Origin: a virus
Strand: one strand, 5' to 3'
IMG/VR virus record: IMGVR_UViG_3300045988_128708
Length of the DNA: 57,430 nt
The notes below the pieces were generated by a model. The model searched no databases. It saw only the letters and a program-made list of their open reading frames with translations, and was not told where the DNA came from. Shown here piece after piece: positions 44,272 through 54,637 of the stretch; position 1 is the first letter of the stretch, and each line of letters begins with the position of its first letter. Position numbers and translations under genes: made by a program.

Positions 44272-44910
44272 ATGAACAAATACCATCAAATTTTACAGAA
44301 GGTACTTACTCTGGGCAAGTGCCAGACTAACAAGAAGGGAAGCATACGTTACCTGCTCAACGAGCCGTTGGTGCTTTCCCCTGCTGACCTGCTCGACATA
44401 TTCGAGGGGCACGGCCTCGCACGAAAGAAGTTAAAGAACGAGCTGCAGCTCTTCATGCAAGGTGAACGCAATGTGGAGAAGTATCGCGAGGTGGGCATCA
44501 ACTGGTGGGACTACTGCGGTGCCATTCTCGTAAACTCCTACCCTACCTACTTTGAGAAGCTGCCGCCACTCATCGCCAAAATCAACCGAGAGAAGCGCAA
44601 CAGCAAGAACTATGTGCTGTTCCTCGGCTCCACCGATGCGGAGACAAACCAGGCACCGTGTCTGTCACTCGTTCAGTTCCAGATTGAGAACGACGAATTA
44701 GTGGTGTCGGCTTACCAGCGCAGCTCGGACGCGAACCTCGGCTTGCCGGCCGACATCTACCACCTCTACCTCATGACCCGGCAGATTGACCTCCCTTTGA
44801 AGTCCATCACGCTGAACCTTGCGAATGTGCATATCTACGAGAACAACATCGAACACACACGACAGTTGCTCAACGGAAACGAGAACGTGAAATTTGAACT
44901 AAACGTATAA
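44272..44910 (+). CDS. Thymidylate synthase-family enzyme (mirror of 12521..13159)
   Basis: Exact copy. Confidence 0.7.
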   Translation: MNKYHQILQKVLTLGKCQTNKKGSIRYLLNEPLVLSPADLLDIFEGHGLARKKLKNELQLFMQGERNVEKYREVGINWWDYCGAILVNSYPTYFEKLPPLIAKINREKRNSKNYVLFLGSTDAETNQAPCLSLVQFQIENDELVVSAYQRSSDANLGLPADIYHLYLMTRQIDLPLKSITLNLANVHIYENNIEHTRQLLNGNENVKFELNV

Positions 44911-44913
44911 GAC

Positions 44914-45753
44914 ATGAGAAGACAATATTTATCGGCACCGCTCCCTTTCGTGGGGCAGAAGCGCATGTTCGCGCGTGAGTTTATCAAGGTTCTAAAACAA
45001 TATCCAGAGGACACGGTATTCGTGGATTTGTTCGGCGGTTCGGGTCTGCTGTCGCACATCACCAAGTGCCAGAAGCCAAATGCCACAGTCATATACAACG
45101 ACTTCGACGGCTACCGCAACCGCCTACAGCACATCCCGCAGACCAACCACCTTTTGGCTGACCTGCGCAAAATGGTGGAAACGGAAGGCATACCCAAGCA
45201 CAGCTGCATCCGTGGTGAACTGCGCGACCGCATATTCGCTCGTTTGGAGCAAGAGGAACGAGAGGTCGGGTACATTGACTTCATCACCATTTCTTCCGGA
45301 CTGATGTTCTCCATGAAATACAAATTGAGCATCCCCGAAATGAAGAAGGAGGCTCTATACAACAATCTCCGCAAGTCAGACTATCCTACTTGTGAGGACT
45401 ATCTTGAAGGTATCACAGTAGTATCATGCGACTACAAAGAGGTGTTCGCCCGATACAAAGACATGCCGAATGTTGTGTACCTTGTTGATCCGCCCTATCT
45501 ATCCACCGACGTTGGCACATATAATATGTACTGGAAACTTTCCGACTACCTCGATGTGCTGACCATTCTTGCCGGACATCACTTTATATATTTCACTTCC
45601 AACAAGTCATCCATTATTGAGCTTTGTGAATGGATGGGCAAGAACCCGACCGTGGGCAACCCATTCAAGAACTGCCACAAGGTGGAGTTCAACGCCACAG
45701 TAAACTACAGCTCGCACTACACAGACATGATGTTGTTCACCGATGCCGCCTAA
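44914..45753 (+). CDS. Dam-like D12 methyltransferase family protein (mirror of 11678..12517)
   Basis: Exact copy. Confidence 0.75.
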   Translation: MRRQYLSAPLPFVGQKRMFAREFIKVLKQYPEDTVFVDLFGGSGLLSHITKCQKPNATVIYNDFDGYRNRLQHIPQTNHLLADLRKMVETEGIPKHSCIRGELRDRIFARLEQEEREVGYIDFITISSGLMFSMKYKLSIPEMKKEALYNNLRKSDYPTCEDYLEGITVVSCDYKEVFARYKDMPNVVYLVDPPYLSTDVGTYNMYWKLSDYLDVLTILAGHHFIYFTSNKSSIIELCEWMGKNPTVGNPFKNCHKVEFNATVNYSSHYTDMMLFTDAA

Positions 45754-45838
45754 CGGCGTTATAATTCAATTCTAACGGCATTAAAAAGCCCCGGCGGTAA
45801 ATTATCCGTCGGGGCTAAATCGTTGCGACATGGGCGGT

Positions 45839-46240
45839 TTATCGCAATAGGTAACGCACCGCATAACAGTCGATGCTTTCAAGTATCTCTTCGTGGTTGT
45901 GGTTGGTGTTCGTCTCAACAAGCGCCATGCCGTTAAAATCATCACCACTCAATCCGTCAAGGGCTGTATGCACCTGGTGGCAAAGGTCGAAAGCTGCATC
46001 ATGGCCACCGTCAGCCCAGTCTGTCACAAGGTGAATAGTAACAAGTCCCTTGCCACGCTGACTGCCACCTTGAAATGGTGACCACTCTATCTTTCCAAAC
46101 TCCACAAAGACGGCTGGACGCGCCCATCCTTCTTCCTGCTCTACAAACTCCACATTGTGGTTCCACAAATCAATGTGCTGCACTTCAGGCACATCGCTCG
46201 CCAGTTTTGCTTTAATGGCGTTGAATAATTCCTTTCTCAT
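45839..46240 (-). CDS. Putative head-tail connector protein (mirror of 11191..11592)
   Basis: Exact copy. Confidence 0.4.
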   Translation of the reverse strand: MRKELFNAIKAKLASDVPEVQHIDLWNHNVEFVEQEEGWARPAVFVEFGKIEWSPFQGGSQRGKGLVTIHLVTDWADGGHDAAFDLCHQVHTALDGLSGDDFNGMALVETNTNHNHEEILESIDCYAVRYLLR

Positions 46241-46794
46241 TTCAATTTATATTCGTGTTCAAAATACTCTGCAAGGTTCTCCTCGATGATGTCCTTGACC
46301 GCTTGCTCCACTTCTGGCGATGCTCCAAGAAATCTGCGGCGCGGTATCTTGATGCTCTTTCCTTCTTTCATCAGAGCCATGTGCTTCCAGAACTCCGCCT
46401 CGGTGCTCAGTTGTACGGTGCGCTTGTCGTTGCGTCTCTCACCATTCTTCTTGCGTCCGAATGAGCCTGTCGCCTCATGGTACTTGTACCAGAAGAATCG
46501 CTTCATCCTCGCCGTCACCTTTATCTCACCTCCATCGTTGTGTATGGCTGCATAAGGCAGTGTCGAGCAGAACGTGATACTGCTCTCTGTGGTTCGGCTG
46601 CTGATGCTCTGCCGCAACTTGCCGGTGTCTATCAGTATGGAACCGCCAGGACGTGTGGGGCTGCTTCTGCGCTGCCATGCCTCGTTGAAGAATGCCTGCC
46701 GTTCAAAGTTGCGGTCAAACTCATCACTCAACTCCACCCTAACGTCGTTTAGGATATTGCGGATAATTTTCTGTATGTCCTGGTTCATCGTCAA
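46237..46794 (-). CDS. Virion morphogenesis protein (mirror of 10637..11194)
   Basis: Exact copy. Confidence 0.55.
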   Translation of the reverse strand: MTMNQDIQKIIRNILNDVRVELSDEFDRNFERQAFFNEAWQRRSSPTRPGGSILIDTGKLRQSISSRTTESSITFCSTLPYAAIHNDGGEIKVTARMKRFFWYKYHEATGSFGRKKNGERRNDKRTVQLSTEAEFWKHMALMKEGKSIKIPRRRFLGASPEVEQAVKDIIEENLAEYFEHEYKLK

Positions 46795-47017
46795 AGTCGA
46801 ATTTTAGAAACGTCTGTGCCTCTTGTGGCACTTCGTTCTTAGGGTCACAAGAGGCATTAAGGAGGTTGTAGAAGGTACGCTCACATATACCATAAACAGG
46901 ATACACGTACCTTCGCCATATCTCGCGGTTGCTGATTCCGCTTTTGGCATGTTGGTCGTATATCCTATTTATGTCTGTGACACGTTTCTGATAGCTTGCT
47001 CCTCGCCTCTTGCTCAT
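46739..47017 (-). CDS. Putative DNA-binding protein (mirror of 10414..10692)
   Basis: Exact copy. Confidence 0.45.
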   Translation of the reverse strand: MSKRRGASYQKRVTDINRIYDQHAKSGISNREIWRRYVYPVYGICERTFYNLLNASCDPKNEVPQEAQTFLKFDFDDEPGHTENYPQYPKRR

Positions 47018-47025
47018 AAAATGTT

Positions 47026-47214
47026 TTAGTGTCTGTCTCTTGGTTTATAGGGACGGATGTCATAGCTCATCTTTGCGCTGACGGTTACTCTGCCCGTTCC
47101 CTCACATTGGTCACATGTGCTTTCTTTGCCAGTCTCCTTGTCGTGGAGACGACCTGTGCCGTAACATTTACGGCACAAGGCCACTTTCGGTTTCTTCTCT
47201 ACTTCCAGTATCAT
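47026..47214 (-). CDS. DnaJ-type zinc-finger protein (mirror of 10217..10405)
   Basis: Exact copy. Confidence 0.55.
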   Translation of the reverse strand: MILEVEKKPKVALCRKCYGTGRLHDKETGKESTCDQCEGTGRVTVSAKMSYDIRPYKPRDRH

Positions 47215-47226
47215 GTCTCTTCGCTT

Positions 47227-47895
47227 TTAGGATTCTGTCATTCCGAGCGGTATTGACTTCCACATTCCGTTCTCGTTCTTTATCTCAGCCCTGATGAACT
47301 GCTTGCTCACCTCCGGCTGGTAGCTTTCCTCGATGATGCGCACGCCTTCAAGGAAACGCTCATCGCCGGTGTCCTGCGCCACCTTGCGGAGTTGCACGAT
47401 GCGGCTTGCCTTCAGCGTGCCCTTGGCATCGCGTGCCAGCAGACGAAACACCATGTTCACTAACGCCTGTGTCTTGTCGTCATTGGCAAGGCCGGCGATG
47501 TACTCCTTCACGATGGCGATGCCGTCCTCTACGGTGTCACGGTAGCCGTCGGTCACATACACACCGAGCGTAATGCGCTTGTTGCCCTCGGAGTTGGTGA
47601 ACGTGTGGCTGCGCTGGTCGTCCTTGACCTTGGTCTTGAACAGGTCAGACTTCATCTCCAGTATGGTCTTGAAGTTGTCCATCACCTTTTGCTTGCTGTC
47701 CTTGATTTGCTCGCTGATGCCGAGAAGCACGGGGATGGAATGCTCTATTTCCTCGTCCACGAGCTGTTTGTACTCTTCACGCTCGGCCTTGGCTTTCGCC
47801 TCTGCCTCTTTCTTGGCTTTCGCCTTTTGGAATGCCCGGTACTCGGCCATCTCCTCCGCCGTCATTTCAACGGTCTGCTTGTTGTCTTCTTTCAT
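47227..47895 (-). CDS. DUF3164-like protein (mirror of 9536..10204)
   Basis: Exact copy. Confidence 0.5.
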   Translation of the reverse strand: MKEDNKQTVEMTAEEMAEYRAFQKAKAKKEAEAKAKAEREEYKQLVDEEIEHSIPVLLGISEQIKDSKQKVMDNFKTILEMKSDLFKTKVKDDQRSHTFTNSEGNKRITLGVYVTDGYRDTVEDGIAIVKEYIAGLANDDKTQALVNMVFRLLARDAKGTLKASRIVQLRKVAQDTGDERFLEGVRIIEESYQPEVSKQFIRAEIKNENGMWKSIPLGMTES

Positions 47896-47934
47896 TGTAG
47901 TAAACTTTTTGTTGATTATTATTTTGATTGCTTA

Positions 47935-48093
47935 TCACTCGTCTTCTTCTGGTTCCGGCCAGTCACCTTCTTCCAGTTCCTTGTCTATCTCGTATTCAAT
48001 ACACTCAAGAAATTCGATGTACTGGTCACCTTGGAGTTCTCTGTATGCGATGCCGTGAATGTATTCCATCACACGCTTCACTTTCTCATTCAT
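47935..48093 (-). CDS. Small acidic protein, 52 aa (mirror of 9338..9496)
   Basis: Exact copy. Confidence 0.45.
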   Translation of the reverse strand: MNEKVKRVMEYIHGIAYRELQGDQYIEFLECIEYEIDKELEEGDWPEPEEDE

Positions 48094-48587
48094 GCCTCAC
48101 CTCCATTTCCAATTGGTACCATCATGTATTCCACTTGTGGCTGTGCTGGAGGTGTCGGTTCTTTCTTAGGTTTCAGACCTCCCTTGCGCTGGATGGAGCG
48201 GAGCTTCACCGACAGCTGCTCCAATTCCTCATTACTTAGTTGAGAGAACACCTTGCCGGCAATACGCTGATCCTGGCAAAATGCGTTGATGCGTGTCCAG
48301 TCTGTTGTATCGATGCCGAGCTTCTGCATCAACCTCAAGCACTGGCTTCGATGCTTGCGCTGTACGTCCTTGGCGGTGCGTATCAATTTGGCTGTAACAC
48401 CTTCGAGCTTGTCGCACATCAAGTCGTACTCCTTACGGGTCATTTCCCTAAGCGAAGTGGTACGTCCATTGGTGAATTGACTCACCACTCCTTCCTTGAA
48501 CTCATCGCCCAGCTCCTTGGTGGCAAACTTGTAGCTCTTTTTGAGTATGCCATAGAAGCGTGCGAAATTGGTTACTTCCTGTGCCAT
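48090..48587 (-). CDS. Hypothetical / GemA-like protein (mirror of 8844..9341)
   Basis: Exact copy. Confidence 0.4.
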   Translation of the reverse strand: MAQEVTNFARFYGILKKSYKFATKELGDEFKEGVVSQFTNGRTTSLREMTRKEYDLMCDKLEGVTAKLIRTAKDVQRKHRSQCLRLMQKLGIDTTDWTRINAFCQDQRIAGKVFSQLSNEELEQLSVKLRSIQRKGGLKPKKEPTPPAQPQVEYMMVPIGNGGEA

Positions 48588-48589
48588 AT

Positions 48590-49042
48590 CTATTTCAATT
48601 TTGACAACCTTATTCTTTCACTTAACACCTTCAAATTACATTCAGGACAACACTCCCCCTCATCTTTCAATGGATGAGGATTGTTTCCATAGCCGATTTG
48701 GGGCTTACCGCAAAGGCAGCAGGTGTATTCACGAACATTGTTCTCATGACCTTCAAACATCACTTTAATGCCACACGAACTGGCAACATCCAGTTCCAGT
48801 TTTGCTCCCTTGCTCAATTCCCAGCCTTGCAGCATATAGATGCAATCACACTTCAAAAGCTGGGCAATGTCCACTCTCATGTGCTCCATCCAGTGAGCAT
48901 CCTGCGAAACGCCATTTTCAAATGGGTTCACCGGCTCGTAACCTTTTATGGAGAGATAGCGTGCCGCATGGTCAAAGGTTGCCATACGCTCTTTAAGGTC
49001 GTAGTGGGCTATCGCTCCGCTGATATAAACTTTCTTCTTCAT
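48590..49042 (-). CDS. DUF4406-like plus zinc ribbon protein (mirror of 8389..8841)
   Basis: Exact copy. Confidence 0.5.
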   Translation of the reverse strand: MKKKVYISGAIAHYDLKERMATFDHAARYLSIKGYEPVNPFENGVSQDAHWMEHMRVDIAQLLKCDCIYMLQGWELSKGAKLELDVASSCGIKVMFEGHENNVREYTCCLCGKPQIGYGNNPHPLKDEGECCPECNLKVLSERIRLSKLK

Positions 49043-49053
49043 CTCAGTTATGT

Positions 49054-49695
49054 TTAGTTGTTAGACTTGTCATTGTAAACCTCCACGGCTTTCTCCGCCC
49101 AGATGGTGTAGTATTCACTTACGTTGCCTGAATAGCGTCCTTGACAGTATGCACGGAAGCCTTGCGTTCTCACCTTCACGCCGGCAGCGTATTTCAGTCT
49201 GATGGCAGGTTTGCCGATGGGTTTGCCTTTATCCTCTTGGCTGACGAAAATGAAGGTCTTGCGCTTGAAGCGGTCTATCAGTGCCCTGGTCAGCGAATAT
49301 TCCCACCCTGCTTCGTATGCGTACTGGTAACTGTCCACAATGATAAACTTGGCACTCTTGGGCTTCGCCAGACGTTCTTCCAATGCCTTGATGTCGCCAT
49401 CGGTAATGAGGCGGAACGAGCCTTGAACGTCAGTCATCTTGAATTGGGCAAGCCGTCGTTGCATCGACAGACCAACGCCCTCTTCCAAGGACACATACAA
49501 CACGCTGCCTATACCGCAGAGCATCTTGGCAAACTGCATAACGAAGGAACTCTTACCACTGGCACTGGGACCACTGATGAACCATGTGTCGCCCTCTTCT
49601 GGCTGACCGAACACGTCTTTCCATTGTCCTTCAAATGGTAGTGCCTTGCACTTGATATTAGCCACATCCTTGGGACTATATGCTCGCTTTGCCAT
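49054..49695 (-). CDS. P-loop NTPase (mirror of 7736..8377)
   Basis: Exact copy. Confidence 0.6.
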   Translation of the reverse strand: MAKRAYSPKDVANIKCKALPFEGQWKDVFGQPEEGDTWFISGPSASGKSSFVMQFAKMLCGIGSVLYVSLEEGVGLSMQRRLAQFKMTDVQGSFRLITDGDIKALEERLAKPKSAKFIIVDSYQYAYEAGWEYSLTRALIDRFKRKTFIFVSQEDKGKPIGKPAIRLKYAAGVKVRTQGFRAYCQGRYSGNVSEYYTIWAEKAVEVYNDKSNN

Positions 49696-49696
49696 A

Positions 49697-49930
49697 TCAC
49701 TTCTCTGTTTCGATAAGTTCTGATACAACAGCGTCCGCTATCTTGACTGCATATTTGGCAATGAGTTCGGCTGTCATTTCTTCACGATCATGGTGAAGGA
49801 CTGGAGCCACAAACAATGCAGCCTTGGCCAATTCATAGCGACGTTGCTCCCAGTCCACCTCGTTATTTCGTTGTCGGCGGTTTATTTGTATAACCGCGTC
49901 CATATATTGCATTTCCATCTTTGTCATCAT
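49697..49930 (-). CDS. Hypothetical early protein (mirror of 7501..7734)
   Basis: Exact copy. Confidence 0.5.
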   Translation of the reverse strand: MMTKMEMQYMDAVIQINRRQRNNEVDWEQRRYELAKAALFVAPVLHHDREEMTAELIAKYAVKIADAVVSELIETEK

Positions 49931-50805
49931 GCCTGCACTCTTTTTAGTTTTTCTATTTCCGTGTAAACTCGTCTCAGTCCACCACCCGACTTGCGCACCA
50001 GAGTAGCAATATCCGCACCTTCTGGGGCGTTCACCTTTGCCACCACGCTCGCCTGGTCTTTCAGGAACTTCTCACGCTCCTTGCAGTCGTCGGGCGTTAC
50101 CTTCGAGTAGCGGTCACCATATCGACTGAGCATCTCGGTATAGCCCACTTTCTTGCACTCAATGGAGCGATTGATTTTGGCTTTCAGCCCGTCCGCACCC
50201 ATCATATACCAGGCACAGCATCTTTCTGTAGCGTTCCACAAGGCTTTGAGTTCCAGAAATGCCTCATACTGCAAGTCGCCAGCCTCGTCCAAAATGATGA
50301 GTGGTGTGTCGATTGAGCGCAAGTAATAAACCAAATCCTCGTACACGTCGCTGTATCTTCCGTTGCTGCCCACACCGAACTCAGTGGCTATCTTGCGCAC
50401 CAGCTTCAGTTTGGTCTTCACTTGGGAGCAATCTACATAGATGGCATTGCGGTGGCACTGCACATAATAGCGTGCCGTGAATGTCTTGCCGATGTTGGGT
50501 ATATCACATAGTATCGCACTCAGTCCGCTCTGTTGGCTGAACTCCAGCTGCTTGGTGATATATTCGAAGGTGGCGGTGCGTGCTGGCTTCCATTCAATGC
50601 CTCCTCTGAGGTTCACACCCAGTCTTCGGGCGATGGTTATCCAGTTGGCTTCGCTCAGTGCCTTGTCGGTCTGTCCATTCTTGATGGCGCTATATACCGA
50701 GGTGCTGATGCCCAATGAAGCAGCGTGCTTGGCATCGCTCGGATAGTTCGTGCGGTTGGTGGCTATAGCCTCCAATATCCGCTTCTTGTTCTCATTCGTT
50801 ATCAT
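49927..50805 (-). CDS. Mu B-like AAA+ ATPase (mirror of 6626..7504)
   Basis: Exact copy. Confidence 0.7.
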   Translation of the reverse strand: MITNENKKRILEAIATNRTNYPSDAKHAASLGISTSVYSAIKNGQTDKALSEANWITIARRLGVNLRGGIEWKPARTATFEYITKQLEFSQQSGLSAILCDIPNIGKTFTARYYVQCHRNAIYVDCSQVKTKLKLVRKIATEFGVGSNGRYSDVYEDLVYYLRSIDTPLIILDEAGDLQYEAFLELKALWNATERCCAWYMMGADGLKAKINRSIECKKVGYTEMLSRYGDRYSKVTPDDCKEREKFLKDQASVVAKVNAPEGADIATLVRKSGGGLRRVYTEIEKLKRVQA

Positions 50806-50840
50806 GTCTCACGTTATTTTAATTGTATTCTAATATCATT

Positions 50841-52847
50841 CTATAAATCTGCCAACGGGTCAGAAATATGGTAGCTCACTTCCATTTCCTGCTCGCTTTC
50901 CATCGGTGGAAGTTCAATCGGTGGCGGTGGTGCAGCCTCTTCATGGGCGGTCTGCTCAGCCTTGGATATGCCCACACTTGCTATGGCGTTCTTCTTCACG
51001 TATGCGTTGAATGCTGCTATCTTCTTCTGCTGGTTCACGAATATCTCCTTGTCCTTGTCAGTCTGCTCTGCATCGGCAGTGTTGAACGTGCCCACGTCCT
51101 CGAGCTTGTCGATAAGTCGGTCGTTCTGGAAGATGTACACATCGGTCGCGTTGCCGTCCTCATCGGTCAGATAGTAGGCATCAACCTTGTAGTTGTTCGG
51201 TGCAAGTTTTTCTATCACCTCGGTTTTGCTCAACCACCAGTCCTTATATGCCACTCTGCAGTAGCTGTTCCTGCGTATGGAGGTCTCAGTGTGCTCGCCG
51301 ATAAAGCGTGCCCACACCGATTTGTCCATTGGCTGAAGTGTTGGGTTCATATTGGCTTCAAGCACTTGCCAGCGTGTCATGCCGGGGTATTTCTTCTGAT
51401 TCGGGTGGAGGGTATTGTTGAACTCCTTGATGTCGCGGATGTCATCAGCAATCAGTTCTTCCCATGTGTAGTACTGTTTGTCCTCGTAGGTGTCATTCTT
51501 CTCGTCAAACACCTTCTTGGCCTCCGTGCGGTAGTGTCTATCCTTGGCGTAGAAGCGTCCGATGCCGAGGTGGTTCCGATGCTCCACACGGCGTTTCTTG
51601 GCACCGTTCATCGGCTCAGCGTATTTCTCTTGGGAGTTCATCGGGGCGCAGAAACGCACAAATGGGAACAATACTCCTGCCTTCAGGAAACTCTCTTTCC
51701 ACTGACTCATCAAGTGGTTCTCCACCTCAACCTGCGCCGGGCAACCCCAGCCCTTGCTTTCTATCAGTCGGAACATCGAACGGAAGCAGTCGGCAACCAA
51801 GTCCACGTTCTTGTTGCGGTTGTAGGCGTAGCCCACCACGCACTGGCTTGTGACATCGTAGGCGTAGTATGCCTTCGGCCTTGCCTTGGTATCCTTCAGT
51901 TTGCGTGGGAGGTCGCGGTCATCGAATGAAATCTTTGAGAACGAGAACTCAGGCGCATGGCGGTGAACGTGTGGCATCTGCTCGTGCATGAATGTGGTGT
52001 AAGAATCTTGGTGTTTTGCTATAAACAGACGAGCATCTGGACGATTCAGGTAGTTCGTGATAGTGCTTTCGCTCAATGACTTCGGGTCACCGTTCTTGTC
52101 GGTCCACTCGCTTGCGTCGAAAAGCTCACCGGTCTCTGGGTCATACACGTCCAGCTCACCGCACACAAACGAGTTGTACAATTCCCAAACATTGGTATTG
52201 AACGGCTTGTTGGGTAGCACCGCTATTGACCATATCAAGCGCATTGTTCGGTAATCTACCTTACGGCTTGCCTGGTTGCCGAACTTTCGGCTGATGAGAC
52301 ACTGGTATCCGTCACGCTGGTACTCGTTCACCTTCTTGCGGAAGCGCAACATACTTGCAGGCAATGTGTGCCCTGTCTTCATACGGTAGCCCTCCACAGC
52401 TTGCGACATCATGCTCCAGTCATACTTCTGGCCCATTGTCTTCTGTATCGCCTTGGCGTTGTTGTAGAGCTTAATACAAGCATTCAGCACGCTGGCGTTG
52501 GTCACATACTCCTTCACATGAGCATCGGTAGCGTGGTCGTGTCCGCACTGGTTGCGCCAGTCGTTGAAATAAGCGACAGCTGCCTGGTCCACCTCGTAGT
52601 TGGCATCAAGCCAGGCAAGCAGCACCTCAAGCGACGGGTCCGGATAAAGCTCCTTGAGTTTGTCTTGATAAGCATCGGGCAGACTGCATACGGCAATAAG
52701 CGCGTAGTTCTTGGAAGAGCCTCCACCACGACGCACTACATCAATGCGACCGCGTGCGGAGAGCTGCTTGTAGTTTGATACGGTCATCACACCGCCATCC
52801 ACAAGTTCCCGCATCGAGATGCAAAGTCTGTTATCGTGGTACTCCAT
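50841..52847 (-). CDS. Mu A-like transposase (mirror of 4584..6590)
   Basis: Exact copy. Confidence 0.7.
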   Translation of the reverse strand: MEYHDNRLCISMRELVDGGVMTVSNYKQLSARGRIDVVRRGGGSSKNYALIAVCSLPDAYQDKLKELYPDPSLEVLLAWLDANYEVDQAAVAYFNDWRNQCGHDHATDAHVKEYVTNASVLNACIKLYNNAKAIQKTMGQKYDWSMMSQAVEGYRMKTGHTLPASMLRFRKKVNEYQRDGYQCLISRKFGNQASRKVDYRTMRLIWSIAVLPNKPFNTNVWELYNSFVCGELDVYDPETGELFDASEWTDKNGDPKSLSESTITNYLNRPDARLFIAKHQDSYTTFMHEQMPHVHRHAPEFSFSKISFDDRDLPRKLKDTKARPKAYYAYDVTSQCVVGYAYNRNKNVDLVADCFRSMFRLIESKGWGCPAQVEVENHLMSQWKESFLKAGVLFPFVRFCAPMNSQEKYAEPMNGAKKRRVEHRNHLGIGRFYAKDRHYRTEAKKVFDEKNDTYEDKQYYTWEELIADDIRDIKEFNNTLHPNQKKYPGMTRWQVLEANMNPTLQPMDKSVWARFIGEHTETSIRRNSYCRVAYKDWWLSKTEVIEKLAPNNYKVDAYYLTDEDGNATDVYIFQNDRLIDKLEDVGTFNTADAEQTDKDKEIFVNQQKKIAAFNAYVKKNAIASVGISKAEQTAHEEAAPPPPIELPPMESEQEMEVSYHISDPLADL

Positions 52848-52859
52848 ACTTACTCCTCC

Positions 52860-53222
52860 TTATCTCAATGTTGCAGCCCAGTTCTGAATGCCTTTAAGGT
52901 CTCTTACAAACACGTTTTCATAGTGCTTGACACTTTCACCTTTGAAAATCACATCCACATCACCATTGCTCTTGTTTACCTCCAGCAAAACACCATTCGG
53001 GAAATACTGGCGCATATAGTTGTCATGGTCATGGAACGTTTCCACTGCTGGCAACTCGTTCATCAATATACCAAAGTTCTCAAAGGCAGCCTTGCGTATC
53101 TTGTTGGCAAGGACACTCTCACTCTCAAAAGTCAAAGCCTTCCATACCATTACAGCGGAAACACTGAAGATTTTCATCAGGTGCTCACGAACCTCTTTTG
53201 TTACATGAATGTACTTTTTCAT
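52860..53222 (-). CDS. Hypothetical early protein (mirror of 4209..4571)
   Basis: Exact copy. Confidence 0.55.
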   Translation of the reverse strand: MKKYIHVTKEVREHLMKIFSVSAVMVWKALTFESESVLANKIRKAAFENFGILMNELPAVETFHDHDNYMRQYFPNGVLLEVNKSNGDVDVIFKGESVKHYENVFVRDLKGIQNWAATLR

Positions 53223-53250
53223 ATCTCACTTGTTTTTACGTTATACTTAT

Positions 53251-53411
53251 TGTGGAGTGTGGGGAGTCGAACCCCATGGCTGTCCTACGCTCTTCGCTTT
53301 CGCTTATTCCAACATTCCGGCCACTGCAACCGTGCCACCCCTGCGGTCTTTCCCGCCGTCATCCGAGGCTGGCCCTGCCGACTATCCAGTACATCACCCT
53401 GGGCTTCCGTG
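53251..53411 (-). ncRNA. tRNA/tmRNA-3'-like element (mirror of 4020..4180)
   Basis: Exact copy. Confidence 0.35.
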
Positions 53412-53422
53412 TTATCCTGCAA

Positions 53423-53668
53423 TCATTTTACCTCGTTTATCTTTGGTCTTACGCTACATCCGTAGCAGGACATCAGCCGTCTTATCAATCTCGCCACATA
53501 ACATTCTGGTGCTGTAAATACGATGCCGTCCTCTTCTGTATAGCTGAAACTAACACCATCCATTATCAGAACCATTGCCACCTTGTGCTTCACGCTCTGC
53601 GTCTGCCACTCCTTTAATTCGTTGTCGTTCATATTCTTTAATTGCAAAAATTCGTTATTCTCGGTCAT
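53423..53668 (-). CDS. Hypothetical early protein (mirror of 3763..4008)
   Basis: Exact copy. Confidence 0.5.
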   Translation of the reverse strand: MTENNEFLQLKNMNDNELKEWQTQSVKHKVAMVLIMDGVSFSYTEEDGIVFTAPECYVARLIRRLMSCYGCSVRPKINEVK

Positions 53669-53776
53669 TTTTCGTACCTTTGACCGCGCGTTAAATAATT
53701 AACACGCTGCAAAGATAGTGGTTTCTCACGAATTACAAAAGAAAAATCGGGATTTATTTCGATTAAATTTAGAATT

Positions 53777-54217
53777 ATGGCACATAACGGGACAATTCAC
53801 GAAAGAATCAAGCACCTCGTTGATATTAAAGCAGGTGGAAAGAATACAGTATTCGCCCAGAAATTAGGCGTTAGTGAAGCTAATATAAGAGGTTATATAA
53901 AGGGAGTCATACCCAAAGCTGACGTCTTAGAAAAAATCGTGATTTCTTACGATGTAAACGCAATGTGGCTTCTCACTGGCTTAGGGAGTGACACCTTACC
54001 TAATTCTGAGCCAGGAAACCCTATTCTTGCAACGACAGAGACAAGCATTGCCACATTCTTTGGTCAATTAGAACCATACATACAAAGCAAAGATGCTAAA
54101 ATCATACAACAAGCAGAGGAAATAGGACGTCTCAAAGAAACCATAAAGCAACTGTCTATCGAAAAAGAAAAGCATGTATCGGATGCCGACACTTCAAATA
54201 TTGCAAGTGCAGGGTAA
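53777..54217 (+). CDS. XRE-type phage repressor (mirror of 3214..3654)
   Basis: Exact copy. Confidence 0.75.
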   Translation: MAHNGTIHERIKHLVDIKAGGKNTVFAQKLGVSEANIRGYIKGVIPKADVLEKIVISYDVNAMWLLTGLGSDTLPNSEPGNPILATTETSIATFFGQLEPYIQSKDAKIIQQAEEIGRLKETIKQLSIEKEKHVSDADTSNIASAG

Positions 54218-54469
54218 ACCCATTTCATGTTATCATAGGTGGCAAGCCGTAACACCAAACGTATGCCCCTCCACCCCATTATAACCCCGTTTGGAGGGGT
54301 GTACCCCCTCTTTCGAGGCTCATTCCATGTAAGAAGCCTCATAAATACAAGGTTTTAGCCCGATTCGCACCCATTTTACCAATATCACAAATAGGTAGTT
54401 TCCCCCACCCTATCCCTTAAAACTATCCTTTTCCCTCCCCCTCTATCCTACCCCCAAAAACCCCGAATG

Positions 54470-54526
54470 TGTAACCCCACTTTTCAGAAAATGTAACCCC
54501 ACTTTGTAACCCCAGCTGTAACCCCA
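54470..54526 (-). repeat. Four TGGGGTTACA repeats (mirror of 2905..2961)
   Basis: Exact copy, read as tgtaacccca on the plus strand. Confidence 0.6.
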
Positions 54527-54637
54527 CTCACTATTTTCGCCATTTTCGGACATAAAAAAAGGAGGCCAAACGACCTCCTTTCCCACGACCGTACAAACGG
54601 CCTTTTATTTGCGTTCTAACGCCATAAAAACACCAGC

